Assembly: GCA_034436115.1 (NCBI GenBank)
Contig: DAOTVY010000064.1
Coordinates: 21,235 to 85,234, forward strand
From: Chloroflexia bacterium
GTDB taxonomy: Bacteria > Chloroflexota > Chloroflexia > DTKN01
Direction of reading: 5' to 3'
DNA length: 64,000 nucleotides
Positions within the stretch are counted from its first letter, which is position 1. The number at the start of each line of letters is the position of its first letter. Positions 41,011-50,511 of this stretch are shown one piece after another. Under the pieces are notes generated by a model, which ran no database searches, was not told the DNA's origin, and saw only the letters and a program-made list of their open reading frames with translations. The position numbers and the translations under genes were made by a program.

Positions 41011-42308
41011 AGGATGGGACGATCCACGTCCATTACCTGACCCGTGTGGAAGGCCACGGCAACATCCACGTGGAGGTGGAAGGCGGGGCCCTGAAGGCGT
41101 TCCGCTGGGAGATCCCCGAAGCCCCCCGGTTCTTCGAGGCGATGGTCCGAGGACAGAGCTATGCGGACGTGGCCCATATTGTCTCGCGCATCTGCGGCAT
41201 CTGCTCCATTGGACACACCCTCTGCGCCCTGCAGGCGGTCGAGAACGCGCTGGGCGTGAGGCCTTCCGAGCAGACGGTGCTGCTGCGCAAACTGCTCCTC
41301 CACGGGGAGACGGTGCAGAGCCATGTCCTCCACGCGGGCTACCTTGCAGCGCCCGACTTTTTCGGGGTACCCAGCGTGGTCCCTCTGGTGGCCAGCCATC
41401 GCGAGGCCGTGCTCACGATCGTACGGCTCCATCGCCTGGCCAACGAGTGGTGTGACCAGATCGGCGGTCGGACGACACATCCGATCACCCCGGTGGTGAA
41501 CGGGTGGACCCGGCTTCCGACCCCCGAGGAGCTGGCCAACCTGCGTGCGCGCATCGAGGCCGGGATGGCCGACGCCTGGGCATTGGTGGAGATCTTTCGC
41601 ACGCTTGACATCCCCGATTTTCAGCGTCCTACCGAGTACATTGCCCTGAAACACCCCGAGGAGTATGCGTTCTACGAGGGAGTCATCGCTTCCACCGACG
41701 GCGACACGACCGCCGTGCCGGATTACCGGCAAAAAGTGCACGAGTTCGTTGTGCCGTATTCCACCTCGAAGCGAGCCCGGGCGAACCGCAACTCCTTTGC
41801 TGTGGGAGCCCTGGCGCGTTTCAACAACAACGCCGAGCAGCTTTCCCCCCAGGCGAAAAAGGCTGCAGAAGCGCTCGGGCTGCGTCCGATTTGCACCAAC
41901 CCGTTTCTGAACACCGTGGCTCAGGTGGTGGAAGTCGTGCATGCGCTGGAAGATAGCCTGCGCTTGATCGACCTGCTCCTGGCACGCGGGATCGAGCCGG
42001 AGGTACCTTGGGTGCAGGTGCGCGCAGGCCGGGGTGTGGGGGCGGTCGAGGTGCCCCGGGGCATCCTGTTCCACGAGTATACCCTGGACGAGACCGGGCA
42101 CGTGGTGGACGCGAACATGATCATCCCCACCGGCCAGAACCATCAGAATATCGAGGACGACATGGCCGTCCTGATCCCGCAGATCCTGGACCGGCCGGAG
42201 GAGGAGATCCGCCTGCGTCTGGAGATGCTCGTGCGCGCCTACGACCCCTGCATCTCCTGTTCCACCCACCTGCTGCACCTGGAGCTACGCGGAGGAAAAT
42301 CGCGGTGA
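41007..42308 (+). CDS. hydA: [NiFe]-hydrogenase large (alpha) subunit
   Basis: N-terminal RICGICSIGHTLCA (L1 CxxC) and C-terminal DPCISCSTHLLH (L2 DPCxxC). ATGA overlap with the small subunit. Confidence 0.9.
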   Translation: MKDGTIHVHYLTRVEGHGNIHVEVEGGALKAFRWEIPEAPRFFEAMVRGQSYADVAHIVSRICGICSIGHTLCALQAVENALGVRPSEQTVLLRKLLLHGETVQSHVLHAGYLAAPDFFGVPSVVPLVASHREAVLTIVRLHRLANEWCDQIGGRTTHPITPVVNGWTRLPTPEELANLRARIEAGMADAWALVEIFRTLDIPDFQRPTEYIALKHPEEYAFYEGVIASTDGDTTAVPDYRQKVHEFVVPYSTSKRARANRNSFAVGALARFNNNAEQLSPQAKKAAEALGLRPICTNPFLNTVAQVVEVVHALEDSLRLIDLLLARGIEPEVPWVQVRAGRGVGAVEVPRGILFHEYTLDETGHVVDANMIIPTGQNHQNIEDDMAVLIPQILDRPEEEIRLRLEMLVRAYDPCISCSTHLLHLELRGGKSR

Positions 42309-42799
42309 CGGACCGGCGACGTGCCCCGGTGCTCGTCCTGGGCCTGGGGAATCCCTACTGGGGCGACGATGGCGTAGGGCAGGCGGCGTTGGAAGCGCTC
42401 TCCCGCCGATCGTTGCCCCCTGGGGTGGAAATACGCGATGGCGGCACTGGCGGCCTGCTCCTCCTGGATGTGATCGCCGACCGCGAACACCTGCTGGTGA
42501 TCGACGCCGCCGATTTCGGCGAGGCACCGGGCACGGTTCGTGACTTTTCGCCAGAGGAGGCTGGCCTCTGTCGCGCCGATCGGCCCCTTTCGTTCCACCA
42601 GGCGGGGCTGGCCGAAGTGCTGGATCTTGCGCGCAAGCTCGGCATGGCTCCCCGGAACGTGCACTTATGGGTCGTCCAGCCGGGCCGGTTGGGCCCGGGA
42701 CGTGGGTTGAGTGACCCGGTCCAGGCAGCCCTGCCTGGGTTGGTGGATTCGGTGTGCCGCGCGCTCGGGGCGTTGCTTCCCGAGGCGGCGCGCGTTTGA
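42305..42799 (+). CDS. Hydrogenase maturation endopeptidase (HycI/HoxW family)
   Basis: VLVLGLGNPYWGDDGVGQAA...LLVIDAADFG. A GTG start overlaps the large-subunit stop (GTGA). Confidence 0.8.
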   Translation: MTDRRRAPVLVLGLGNPYWGDDGVGQAALEALSRRSLPPGVEIRDGGTGGLLLLDVIADREHLLVIDAADFGEAPGTVRDFSPEEAGLCRADRPLSFHQAGLAEVLDLARKLGMAPRNVHLWVVQPGRLGPGRGLSDPVQAALPGLVDSVCRALGALLPEAARV

Positions 42800-42811
42800 G
42801 GAGGATAGCCG

Positions 42812-43216
42812 ATGCCAAAGAAGATCCTCGTGGTGGATGACGACCCGGACACGGTCGAAGTGATCCGCCTGACCCTGGAGAGCGCAGGCTATGAGGTAGT
42901 CAGCGCAGCGAGCGGGGAGGAAGGGCTGCGTCGGGTGGTGCAGGAAAAGCCGGACCTCATCATCCTGGACGTGATGATGGATACCACGACCGAGGGGTTC
43001 CACGTTAGCCTGCAGCTGCGGAGCCCTGACCCGGCCTCGCCCTACGCCGATTTCCGGCAGATCCCCATCCTGATGCTCACCGCGATCCACACGACCACGC
43101 CGCTGCGCTTTGCTCCGGATGCGGACTACCTGCCGGTGGACGAATTTGTGGAAAAGCCGATCGCCCCGGAGGCGCTTCTCGCCAAGGTAGAGGCGCTGCT
43201 TGCGGGGAAGAAGTGA
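42812..43216 (+). CDS. Stand-alone response-regulator receiver (CheY-like) protein
   Basis: KILVVDDDPDTVEVIRLTL...DLIILDVMMD...KPI. No output domain. Confidence 0.8.
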   Translation: MPKKILVVDDDPDTVEVIRLTLESAGYEVVSAASGEEGLRRVVQEKPDLIILDVMMDTTTEGFHVSLQLRSPDPASPYADFRQIPILMLTAIHTTTPLRFAPDADYLPVDEFVEKPIAPEALLAKVEALLAGKK

Positions 43217-43697
43217 GGCACGAGCTTTGGGCAAGATCCAGATCGGCGGCATCCTGCAATTTCGGGATCTGGCCTTGATCCAAGTGCTGGGGCTTCCGCA
43301 GAGCGCAGCCGTGGCCACGTTGTTGCGAGCGCTGGGCGACCGCGGGATCCCGGCTCAGGCGGTCGTCCAGTGCCAGGAATCGGGCGGCCGCTACGCCTTG
43401 GCCTTCACCGTGGCCGAGGTGCACCGTGAGGAAGCCCGGGCGATCGTGGAAGAGCTGGCCCGCCGCGGCGGTGCGTGCGAGGTGACCGTGCGCTCGCCGG
43501 TCGGGATGGTGGCCGTCTTCGGGCCCCATTTCCGGGATCGGCCGGCGATCGCAGGTACGATGTTCAGCGCCCTGGTTGCAGCCGAGGTGGAGGTGTTGGC
43601 CATCAGCACCTCGATCTCGACCGTGGCCGGTGTCGTTGTCGCCGAGGAGATGGACCGCGCGGTCGCCATCCTGCGGGCGACGTTTGAGCTCCCATAG
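43200..43697 (+). CDS. Stand-alone ACT-domain protein (aspartokinase regulatory-domain-like)
   Basis: Two ACT-like segments (GKIQIGGILQ...; VGMVAVFGPHFRDRPAIAGTMFSALVAAEVEVLAISTSISTVAGVV). The start codon is uncertain and overlaps the upstream gene end. Confidence 0.55.
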   Translation: MRGRSEARALGKIQIGGILQFRDLALIQVLGLPQSAAVATLLRALGDRGIPAQAVVQCQESGGRYALAFTVAEVHREEARAIVEELARRGGACEVTVRSPVGMVAVFGPHFRDRPAIAGTMFSALVAAEVEVLAISTSISTVAGVVVAEEMDRAVAILRATFELP

Positions 43698-43713
43698 CTT
43701 GCGGCCGGCCTTG

Positions 43714-43722
43714 TGGTAGAAT
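43714..43722 (+). promoter_or_regulatory. Extended -10 element TGgTAGAAT upstream of hdrC
   Basis: A perfect extended -10 about 68 nt upstream of the hdrC ATG (43790), with no good -35. Confidence 0.4.
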
Positions 43723-43789
43723 GTTGCATATTGAGAGATCCTCGGGGCACGGCGGCGCGGTTGGTTCGGGCCCTGACGTGGAGGCATAC

Positions 43790-44362
43790 ATGGTGGAGAA
43801 TCCTCTACTCCGGCTAGATCTGCGCCACAAATCCCTGGCGCAGGCGATCCTGCGCCGGCTCCAGGTGGATGTGCGCGCGTGCTACCAGTGTGGGCGCTGT
43901 ACCGCCGGCTGCCCGGTGGCATATGCGATGGACGCAGGCCCGCACCAGATCCTGCGCGGCATCCAGCTGGAACTGCACGACTGGGTGCTCAGCCGCAATA
44001 CCTACTGGATTTGCGCCAGTTGCGTGACTTGCACCACCCGCTGCCCCTGCGAGGTGGATGTCGCCCGGGTGATGGACGGCCTGCGCGAGCTGGCGCTGCA
44101 GGAAGGCATTCGCCCTTCGGAGCAGACGGTCAAGGTGTTCCACCAGGTGTTCCTGGAGTGGGTGCGCCTGACCGGCCGGATGTACGAGGCGGGCCTGGTG
44201 GGGCTCTACAACCTGCGTTCGCGCGAGTTCCTGGCCAGCGCAGACCTCGTCCTTCCGATGCTGACCCATAACAAGGTCCCCCTCCTGCCCCGGCGTTATC
44301 CTGCCCAGGCGGAGGTCGAGCGCATCTTCGAGCGTGCGCGTGCCCTGGAGGAGAAGCGATGA
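43790..44362 (+). CDS. hdrC: Heterodisulfide reductase subunit C-like (two 4Fe-4S clusters)
   Basis: CYQCGRCTAGCP and CASCVTCTTRCP. ATG after GGAGG. Confidence 0.85.
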   Translation: MVENPLLRLDLRHKSLAQAILRRLQVDVRACYQCGRCTAGCPVAYAMDAGPHQILRGIQLELHDWVLSRNTYWICASCVTCTTRCPCEVDVARVMDGLRELALQEGIRPSEQTVKVFHQVFLEWVRLTGRMYEAGLVGLYNLRSREFLASADLVLPMLTHNKVPLLPRRYPAQAEVERIFERARALEEKR

Positions 44363-45237
44363 CCCGTTACGGCTACTACCCTGGCTGTTCCCTGGAGGGG
44401 ACGGCACGCGAGTACGATGTGTCGACGCGCATTGCCTGCCAGGAGCTGGGGATCGAACTTGTGGAGTTGGAGGGGTGGAGCTGTTGCGGGGCCTCTTCGG
44501 CTCACGCGACCCGTTACTGGCTCTCGCTTGCGCTGCCTGCCCGGAACCTCCGCCTGGCCCAGGAGCAGGGTTTTTCCGCCCTTGTGGCTCCCTGCGCCAT
44601 GTGCTATGCCCGGTTGCGCCATACGCAGCATGCCCTGCGGGATCCCGCGGTACGGGAGCAGGTGAACAGCCTCCTCGATCGGCCCTTGCAGGATGCTGAG
44701 GTCAAGGTGCATTCGCTGGTCGACCTCTTCTCGGAAGAAGAGCGGCTGAACCTGTTGCGCAGCAAGGTGCAGCGCGACCTTTCGGGGCTGCGGCTGGCCT
44801 GCTACTACGGATGTCTGCTCGTGCGGCCCCCGGAGGTTCTGGAGCCGGATGACCCGGAGTACCCCACCATGCTCGACCGGATCGTCGAGGCTGCCGGCGC
44901 TACCGTGGTCGATTGGCCGCTGAAGACAGAGTGCTGCGGGGGTAGCCTGTCCCTGTCCCGCACGGACATCGCGCTCGAGCTCACGCGTCGTCTGCTCGAG
45001 GATGCCCTGTGCCGTGGGGCCAACGGCATCGTCACCGCCTGCCCGATGTGTCACGCGAACCTGGACATGCGGCAGCAGCAGATCAACCGACGGTACGGCA
45101 CCCAACTGGACCTGCCGATCCTTTACTTCACCCAGCTTGTGGGGTTGGCAACCGGACACGCCCCGAAGGAGCTGCTCCTGCACCATCATCTGGTCGAACC
45201 CTGGTCGCTTCTCGCCCAGGCCGGCATTCCGGCATAG
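44359..45237 (+). CDS. hdrB: Heterodisulfide reductase subunit B-like (two CCG domains)
   Basis: YYPGCSL...CCGAS...CAMC and YYGCLLVRP...CCGGS...CPMC. Confidence 0.9.
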   Translation: MTRYGYYPGCSLEGTAREYDVSTRIACQELGIELVELEGWSCCGASSAHATRYWLSLALPARNLRLAQEQGFSALVAPCAMCYARLRHTQHALRDPAVREQVNSLLDRPLQDAEVKVHSLVDLFSEEERLNLLRSKVQRDLSGLRLACYYGCLLVRPPEVLEPDDPEYPTMLDRIVEAAGATVVDWPLKTECCGGSLSLSRTDIALELTRRLLEDALCRGANGIVTACPMCHANLDMRQQQINRRYGTQLDLPILYFTQLVGLATGHAPKELLLHHHLVEPWSLLAQAGIPA

Positions 45238-45255
45238 GGCATGGGAGGTCGTTCG

Positions 45256-47283
45256 ATGGCCCGAGTCGGCGTTTTCGTCTGCCATTGCGGAAGCAACATC
45301 GCGGCGACGGTGGATGTGGCCAAGGTGGCCGAAGAAGCGGTCAAGATGGACCACGTCGTGTATGCCACGCACTACGTGTACATGTGCTCTACCCCGGGGC
45401 AGGAGTTGATCCAGCAAAAGATCCAGGAGTACCAGCTGGACCGGGTAGTGGTGGCGGCCTGTAGCCCGCGGATGCACGAGCGCACCTTCCGCAAGGCCAC
45501 CGCTCAGGGAGGGCTGAACCCCTACCTGATGGAACAGGCGAACATTCGGGAACACGATTCGTGGGTGCATGCGGACATCCCGGTGGCCACGGAGAAGGCG
45601 ATCGAGATCGTGCGCATGGCGGTGGCCAAGGCGGTGGGGCTGGCCCCCCTGGAAGCGGCCCAGGTGGGGATCACGAAGCGCTGCCTGGTGATTGGCGGCG
45701 GCATCGCCGGGGTGCAGGCGGCGCTGGATGTGGCCGAGGCCGGGTATGAGGTGGTGATCGTCGAACGCGAGCCCTCGCTGGGCGGGCATATGGCCCAATT
45801 GGACAAGACCTTCCCCACCCTGGACTGCTCAGCCTGTATCCTCACACCAAAGCTTGTCGACGCGGCCCAACACCCCAAGATCAAACTCTATACCTATTCC
45901 GAGGTAGTCGGCGTCAAGGGCTTTGTGGGGAATTTTCAGGTGACCATCCGGCGCAAGCCCCGTTACGTGGACGAAAAGCTCTGCACCGGGTGCGGCATCT
46001 GCTGGAACAGCTGCCCGCTGCGCCCGCGGGTGCAGGAGGACGGCACGGTCAAGGGCGGCTTCCCTTCCAAGTTCGAGGCCAACCTGGGCCGCCGGGCGGC
46101 CATCTATGTGCCCTTTGCCCAGGCGGTGCCGCTCGTGCCGGTGATCGATACGGAGCACTGCACCTGGTTCGTGAAGGGGGGCAAGTGCGGGCTCTGCGCG
46201 CAAAAGTGCCCACGGGGTGCGGTCAACTATACCCAGAGCGAGGAATTGATCACCGAGCCCTTTGGGGCAATCATCGTTGCCACCGGATTCGACCTGTTCG
46301 ACGCGCGGGCCCTAGGCGAGTACGGCTACGGACGGTACCCGGATGTGATCACGGGCCTGGAACTGGAACGGTTGATGAACGCTTCCGGGCCGACGCACGG
46401 CCACGTCCTGCGCCCTTCCGACGGCCGGCCGCCGAAGACGGTGGTGCTCGTCTCGTGCGTGGGCTCGCGCGATGAGAAGATCGGCCGGCCGTACTGCTCG
46501 GTCGTCTGCTGCATGTACCTGGCCAAGCACGCCATCATGCTCAAAGAGCACGACCCCGAGGTCGAGGTCTATAACTTTTACATGGACATCCGCGCCGGTG
46601 GCAAGGACTATGACGAGTTCACGCGCCGCGCGATCGAGCAGTACGGTGCCCACTACCTGCGCGGACGCGTCTCCCAGGTCTACGAGCGGGATGGGAAGTT
46701 GATCGTCGAGGGAGTGGACACGCTGATCGGCCGGCCGGTGGAGATCCAGGCCGATCTGGTGGTGCTCGCCACCGGCATCACTGCCCCTGAGGGGGCACGC
46801 GAGCTCTTCCAGACGCTGAACATCTCCTATAACCAGTACGCCTTCATCAACGAGGCCCATCCGAAGCTCCAGCCGGTCGAGACGAACACCGACGGGATCC
46901 TCCTGGCTGGTTGCGCGACTGGCCCCAAGGATATCCCCGCTACCGTGGCCCAGGCGAGCGGGGCTGCTGCCAAGGCGATCGGCATCCTTTCCAAGGAGAC
47001 GCTGATCGCCAACCCGATGGTCGCGGAGGTGAACGAGCGCGAGTGCGTGGCCTGCCAGCTGTGTGTCCAGGTGTGCCCCTATCGCGCGATCGAGATGACC
47101 ACCACCCGGCGCGGTAAACCGGTGGCCCACGTGAACCCCAGCGTCTGTAAGGGTTGTGGTCTCTGCGTGAACGCCTGCCGCGGTGGGGCGATCAACCTGA
47201 AAGGCTTTACCGATCAGCAGCTGGTCAGCCAGGTGAGCGCTCTCCTCGCCGAACCACTGGCCGAGGTCCTGGACGAGCGCTGA
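45256..47283 (+). CDS. hdrA: Heterodisulfide reductase subunit A-like flavoprotein (FAD + multiple Fe-S)
   Basis: CLVIGGGIAGVQAALDVAEAGYEVVIVE dinucleotide fold. Several CxxCxxC(P) ferredoxin motifs and an N-terminal CHCG...C cluster. Confidence 0.9.
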   Translation: MARVGVFVCHCGSNIAATVDVAKVAEEAVKMDHVVYATHYVYMCSTPGQELIQQKIQEYQLDRVVVAACSPRMHERTFRKATAQGGLNPYLMEQANIREHDSWVHADIPVATEKAIEIVRMAVAKAVGLAPLEAAQVGITKRCLVIGGGIAGVQAALDVAEAGYEVVIVEREPSLGGHMAQLDKTFPTLDCSACILTPKLVDAAQHPKIKLYTYSEVVGVKGFVGNFQVTIRRKPRYVDEKLCTGCGICWNSCPLRPRVQEDGTVKGGFPSKFEANLGRRAAIYVPFAQAVPLVPVIDTEHCTWFVKGGKCGLCAQKCPRGAVNYTQSEELITEPFGAIIVATGFDLFDARALGEYGYGRYPDVITGLELERLMNASGPTHGHVLRPSDGRPPKTVVLVSCVGSRDEKIGRPYCSVVCCMYLAKHAIMLKEHDPEVEVYNFYMDIRAGGKDYDEFTRRAIEQYGAHYLRGRVSQVYERDGKLIVEGVDTLIGRPVEIQADLVVLATGITAPEGARELFQTLNISYNQYAFINEAHPKLQPVETNTDGILLAGCATGPKDIPATVAQASGAAAKAIGILSKETLIANPMVAEVNERECVACQLCVQVCPYRAIEMTTTRRGKPVAHVNPSVCKGCGLCVNACRGGAINLKGFTDQQLVSQVSALLAEPLAEVLDER

Positions 47284-47298
47284 TTTCGGGAGGACAAG

Positions 47299-47733
47299 AT
47301 GTCCGAACCGTTCGAACCCCGGATCGTCGGATTCCTGTGCAACTGGTGCTCCTACGCGGGCGCCGACCTGGCGGGCACCTCTCGTATCCCTTACCCGCCG
47401 AACATCCGTATCATCCGCGTACCCTGTTCCGGCCGGGTGGACCCGATGCTGGCCATGAAGGCCTTCCTGGAGGGGGCGGACGGGGTGATCGTCCTGGGCT
47501 GCCATCCAGGCGACTGCCACTATAGCGAAGGCAACTACCACGCCCGCCGGCGGCTGGTCCTCTTCCACCGCCTGCTCGAGTTTTTCGGCGTCGAGCGCGA
47601 TCGTTTCCGCCTGGACTGGGTGTCCGCCTCCGAGGGGGTTCGTTTCGCCCAGGTCGTGGGCGAGTTTACCGAGGCGGTGCGGCGGTTGGGGCCGCGGCGC
47701 CGGCCCGAGGCCGTTCTCGAAGGGTCGCGATGA
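47299..47733 (+). CDS. mvhD: MvhD/FlxD-type [2Fe-2S] electron-transfer subunit
   Basis: IVGFLCNWCSYAGADLAG...RVPCSGRVDP...VLGCHPGDCHY. Confidence 0.85.
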   Translation: MSEPFEPRIVGFLCNWCSYAGADLAGTSRIPYPPNIRIIRVPCSGRVDPMLAMKAFLEGADGVIVLGCHPGDCHYSEGNYHARRRLVLFHRLLEFFGVERDRFRLDWVSASEGVRFAQVVGEFTEAVRRLGPRRRPEAVLEGSR

Positions 47734-48146
47734 GCGTGGTACGTTCGGGGCCGGGTTGTCTGCTTCAGTTTCTATGGTTCGTCTTCGTGGGCTGGTGGCT
47801 TGGGTTTATCTGGGTCGCCATTGCCTGGTTGCTGAACTTGACCCTCATCGGGCTGCCGTTGGGGGTGTGGATGCTCAACCGCATCCCCCAGGTGATGTTG
47901 CTGAGGGATGAGCCTTGCCTGACCACGGTCGTACGGGCCCCGGACGGAAGCCTCGTCCTGCGGCAGAGCGAGCTGCCGCAGCGTCCCTGGTGGCTGCGTG
48001 CCCTATGGTTTCTCCTGATTGGCTGGTGGCTTTCCTTGTTGTGGCTCCTAATGGCCTGGTTGCTTTGCGGGACCATAATCCTTCTGCCGCTGGGGATGGC
48101 GATGTTCGATCGCGTTCCGGCGGTGGTTTCGCTGCGTCGAACCTAG
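47730..48146 (+). CDS. YccF-like (DUF307) inner-membrane protein
   Basis: Two repeats with GWWLGFIW...LIGLPLG and GWWLSLLW...ILLPLGM. Confidence 0.7.
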   Translation: MSVVRSGPGCLLQFLWFVFVGWWLGFIWVAIAWLLNLTLIGLPLGVWMLNRIPQVMLLRDEPCLTTVVRAPDGSLVLRQSELPQRPWWLRALWFLLIGWWLSLLWLLMAWLLCGTIILLPLGMAMFDRVPAVVSLRRT

Positions 48147-49016
48147 TTGCCCGGCGGCATGGACCGAGACAGGAGGCTGTGCTTGAGCACGAGCGATGAC
48201 ATCCGTCGCGTTGCACGAGAACTGCTGGAAAAAGGGGAGGTGGCGCGCATCTACGGGTATGCGGAGGGCCGGCGGGGCCAGGTGCGCCCCTTTATCGCCC
48301 GTACGCCCGCGGAGGCGGAACGCCTTCTCTTCGATCGAAGGTGTGTCCACAACCTGGCCCTCTATCTCCTGGACCTGAAGGCAGAGGGCGCCGAGGCGCC
48401 CCGCGTGGGCGTGGTCATGAAGCCGTGCGATGCGCGCGCGCTGAACGTGCTGGTGCTGGAGCACCAGCTCGACCGTGCCCAGGTGCATGTGATCGGCGTG
48501 CCCTGCAACGGTGTGGAGGGAAAACGCGCCTGTGGAACGTGCCCAGACCGCACCCCGCCGACCTACGATACTCTCGTTGGCGAGGTGCCGACGGAAGAAC
48601 CCGGCCAGGCAGCGGAGGACGAACTCGCCCGTCTGCTCGCCCTCCCTCCCGAGGAGCGCCGGCGCTTCTGGGCGGAGCAGTTCGCGCGCTGCATCCGGTG
48701 TTACGCTTGCCGGCAGGTCTGCCCGATGTGTTACTGCGAGGTCTGCATCGCCGAGAAACTCGACCCGCCCTGGGAGAGCATCGCCATTGCCCCGTCGGAG
48801 AACGAGTTTTACCACGTGTTGCGGGGCTACCACCTGATCGGGCGCTGCATCGAGTGCGGCGAATGTGAACGGGTGTGCCCGATGGGCATCCCGGTGTTTC
48901 TCTACCAGCGTTATCTGGCGGAGGAAGTGCGCCGAACCTTCGATTTCCGACCCGGTATGGATGCGGAGACGCTGGCGCCGTTCATGACGTTCCGCAAGGA
49001 GGAACTGGAAGGGTAA
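48147..49016 (+). CDS. FrhB/FdhB-like iron-sulfur (flavo)protein, FlxB-like
   Basis: VVMKPCDARALNVLVLE...VIGVPCNG N-terminal domain, plus CIRCYACRQVCPMCYC and CIECGECERVCPMG. Confidence 0.6.
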   Translation: MPGGMDRDRRLCLSTSDDIRRVARELLEKGEVARIYGYAEGRRGQVRPFIARTPAEAERLLFDRRCVHNLALYLLDLKAEGAEAPRVGVVMKPCDARALNVLVLEHQLDRAQVHVIGVPCNGVEGKRACGTCPDRTPPTYDTLVGEVPTEEPGQAAEDELARLLALPPEERRRFWAEQFARCIRCYACRQVCPMCYCEVCIAEKLDPPWESIAIAPSENEFYHVLRGYHLIGRCIECGECERVCPMGIPVFLYQRYLAEEVRRTFDFRPGMDAETLAPFMTFRKEELEG

Positions 49017-49042
49017 ACCTTCCGTTCGGTCGAGGTGTTTCG

Positions 49043-50086
49043 ATGCCCCAACGGCTGCTGAACCCCGAAGAACTGCTTGCATGGGTGGACCGCTTGCTCC
49101 CGGGCTACCGGGTCGTGGCTCCGGTGCGGGAGGGCGAGGGACGGTTCTTCCTTCGCCCGATCGGAGGCGCCCAGGAGATGGACCTTTCGGTGACCCGGAC
49201 GGTAAACAGCCTCAAGGAGTACTTCTTCCCCCCCACGGAGGCGATCGTGCAGATCCGCCGCGGGAAGACGGCGGTGCGCCTGGAGGTGCCCGTTCCGGAA
49301 GAGCGGCAGCTCCTCTTTGCCGTCCGCCCCTGCGATGCCGCCGCGTTGGCCTCTATGGACGCGCTTTTCCTGGGGGATCCGGCCGACCCCTACTATGGCG
49401 CGCGCCGCCGGCAGAGCGTGCTCGTGGGGCTGGCCTGTTTGGAAGTACCCACGCCCGAGTGCTTCTGCACGACCACCGGCGGCTCGCCCATCGGGACGGC
49501 AAACCTGGACCTGATCCTCTACCGGGTACCCGAGGGGTACATCGTGGAGGCTCTGACCCCGCGGGGGGAGGAGCTGTTCCAGGAGGCCTCCGGCCGACCG
49601 GTCGAGCCACCCTTCCGCCCCCAGGCGCCGGGGCTTCCGGCCTATCCTTGCCCGCCCCAGGAGGACTGGATCCGCGTCTTCACCGATCCCCTGTGGGAAG
49701 AGCTAGGCGAGCGTTGCCTGGGATGCAAGATCTGTACCTACGTCTGCCCGACCTGCTACTGCTTCGACATCCGCGACCGGGGGGCCGGGGGACGGGTCGA
49801 GCGCCTGCGTGCCTGGGATGCCTGCACTTCCAAGCACTACTCCGTCGAAGCCAGCGGCCACGACCCGCGGCCGACGCGGGGGACGCGGCTTCGCAACCGT
49901 TTCTGTCACAAATACTACTACTTCCCGTGGCGCTACCAGGGTACCCTCCTTTGCTCGGGATGCGGCCGCTGTGTGGCGGCCTGTCCGGTGAACATCGACC
50001 TGACGGAAGTCCTGGAAGAAGTGGCTACCCGATCCCGGGTGGATCGCTCAAGCGGGCGCAACCAAGCACAGGGATTGGACCATTAG
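49043..50086 (+). CDS. 4Fe-4S protein paralogous to hydrogenase beta subunit (FlxC-like)
   Basis: FAVRPCDAAAL...CLGCKICTYVCPTCYCFD...CSGCGRCVAACPVNID, with domain order matching the 38322 gene. Confidence 0.7.
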   Translation: MPQRLLNPEELLAWVDRLLPGYRVVAPVREGEGRFFLRPIGGAQEMDLSVTRTVNSLKEYFFPPTEAIVQIRRGKTAVRLEVPVPEERQLLFAVRPCDAAALASMDALFLGDPADPYYGARRRQSVLVGLACLEVPTPECFCTTTGGSPIGTANLDLILYRVPEGYIVEALTPRGEELFQEASGRPVEPPFRPQAPGLPAYPCPPQEDWIRVFTDPLWEELGERCLGCKICTYVCPTCYCFDIRDRGAGGRVERLRAWDACTSKHYSVEASGHDPRPTRGTRLRNRFCHKYYYFPWRYQGTLLCSGCGRCVAACPVNIDLTEVLEEVATRSRVDRSSGRNQAQGLDH

Positions 50087-50121
50087 GACAAAAAGGTGCC
50101 TGGCAGAGGGGAGGTGGTCCG

Positions 50122-50511
50122 GTGACCACTCGTGCGCAAGACTGGCTCCGTCAGGCCGTACGGGATCTGGAGCACGCCATCGACTCGCAGGGGTTGGGGC
50201 GACACGAATGGGCCTGCTTTGCCGCACATCAGGCCGCCGAAAAGGCCGTGAAGGCCCTCCATTTGCACCATGGTCAGGAGGCCTGGGGGCACCTGGTGGC
50301 CAGGCTCCTTCGAGAGTTGCCCGGGGCGGTCATAGTTCCTGCGATGCTCGTCGAGCAGGCTCGCGTGCTGGATACGTTTTACATCCCCACCCGCTATCCC
50401 AACAGCCATCCGGAGGGGCCGCCCTTCGAGCATTATGGCCCTCTGCAGAGCGAGGAGGCGATCCGTTATGCCCGTGCGATCGTTGAGTTCGTCCGTTCTC
50501 AAATGGCCTGA
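50122..50511 (+). CDS. HEPN-domain protein (putative toxin of a HEPN/MNT pair)
   Basis: A GTG start follows GGGGAGGTGG. Rx4H motif in TRYPNSH. An all-helical ~129-aa protein. Confidence 0.7.
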   Translation: MTTRAQDWLRQAVRDLEHAIDSQGLGRHEWACFAAHQAAEKAVKALHLHHGQEAWGHLVARLLRELPGAVIVPAMLVEQARVLDTFYIPTRYPNSHPEGPPFEHYGPLQSEEAIRYARAIVEFVRSQMA

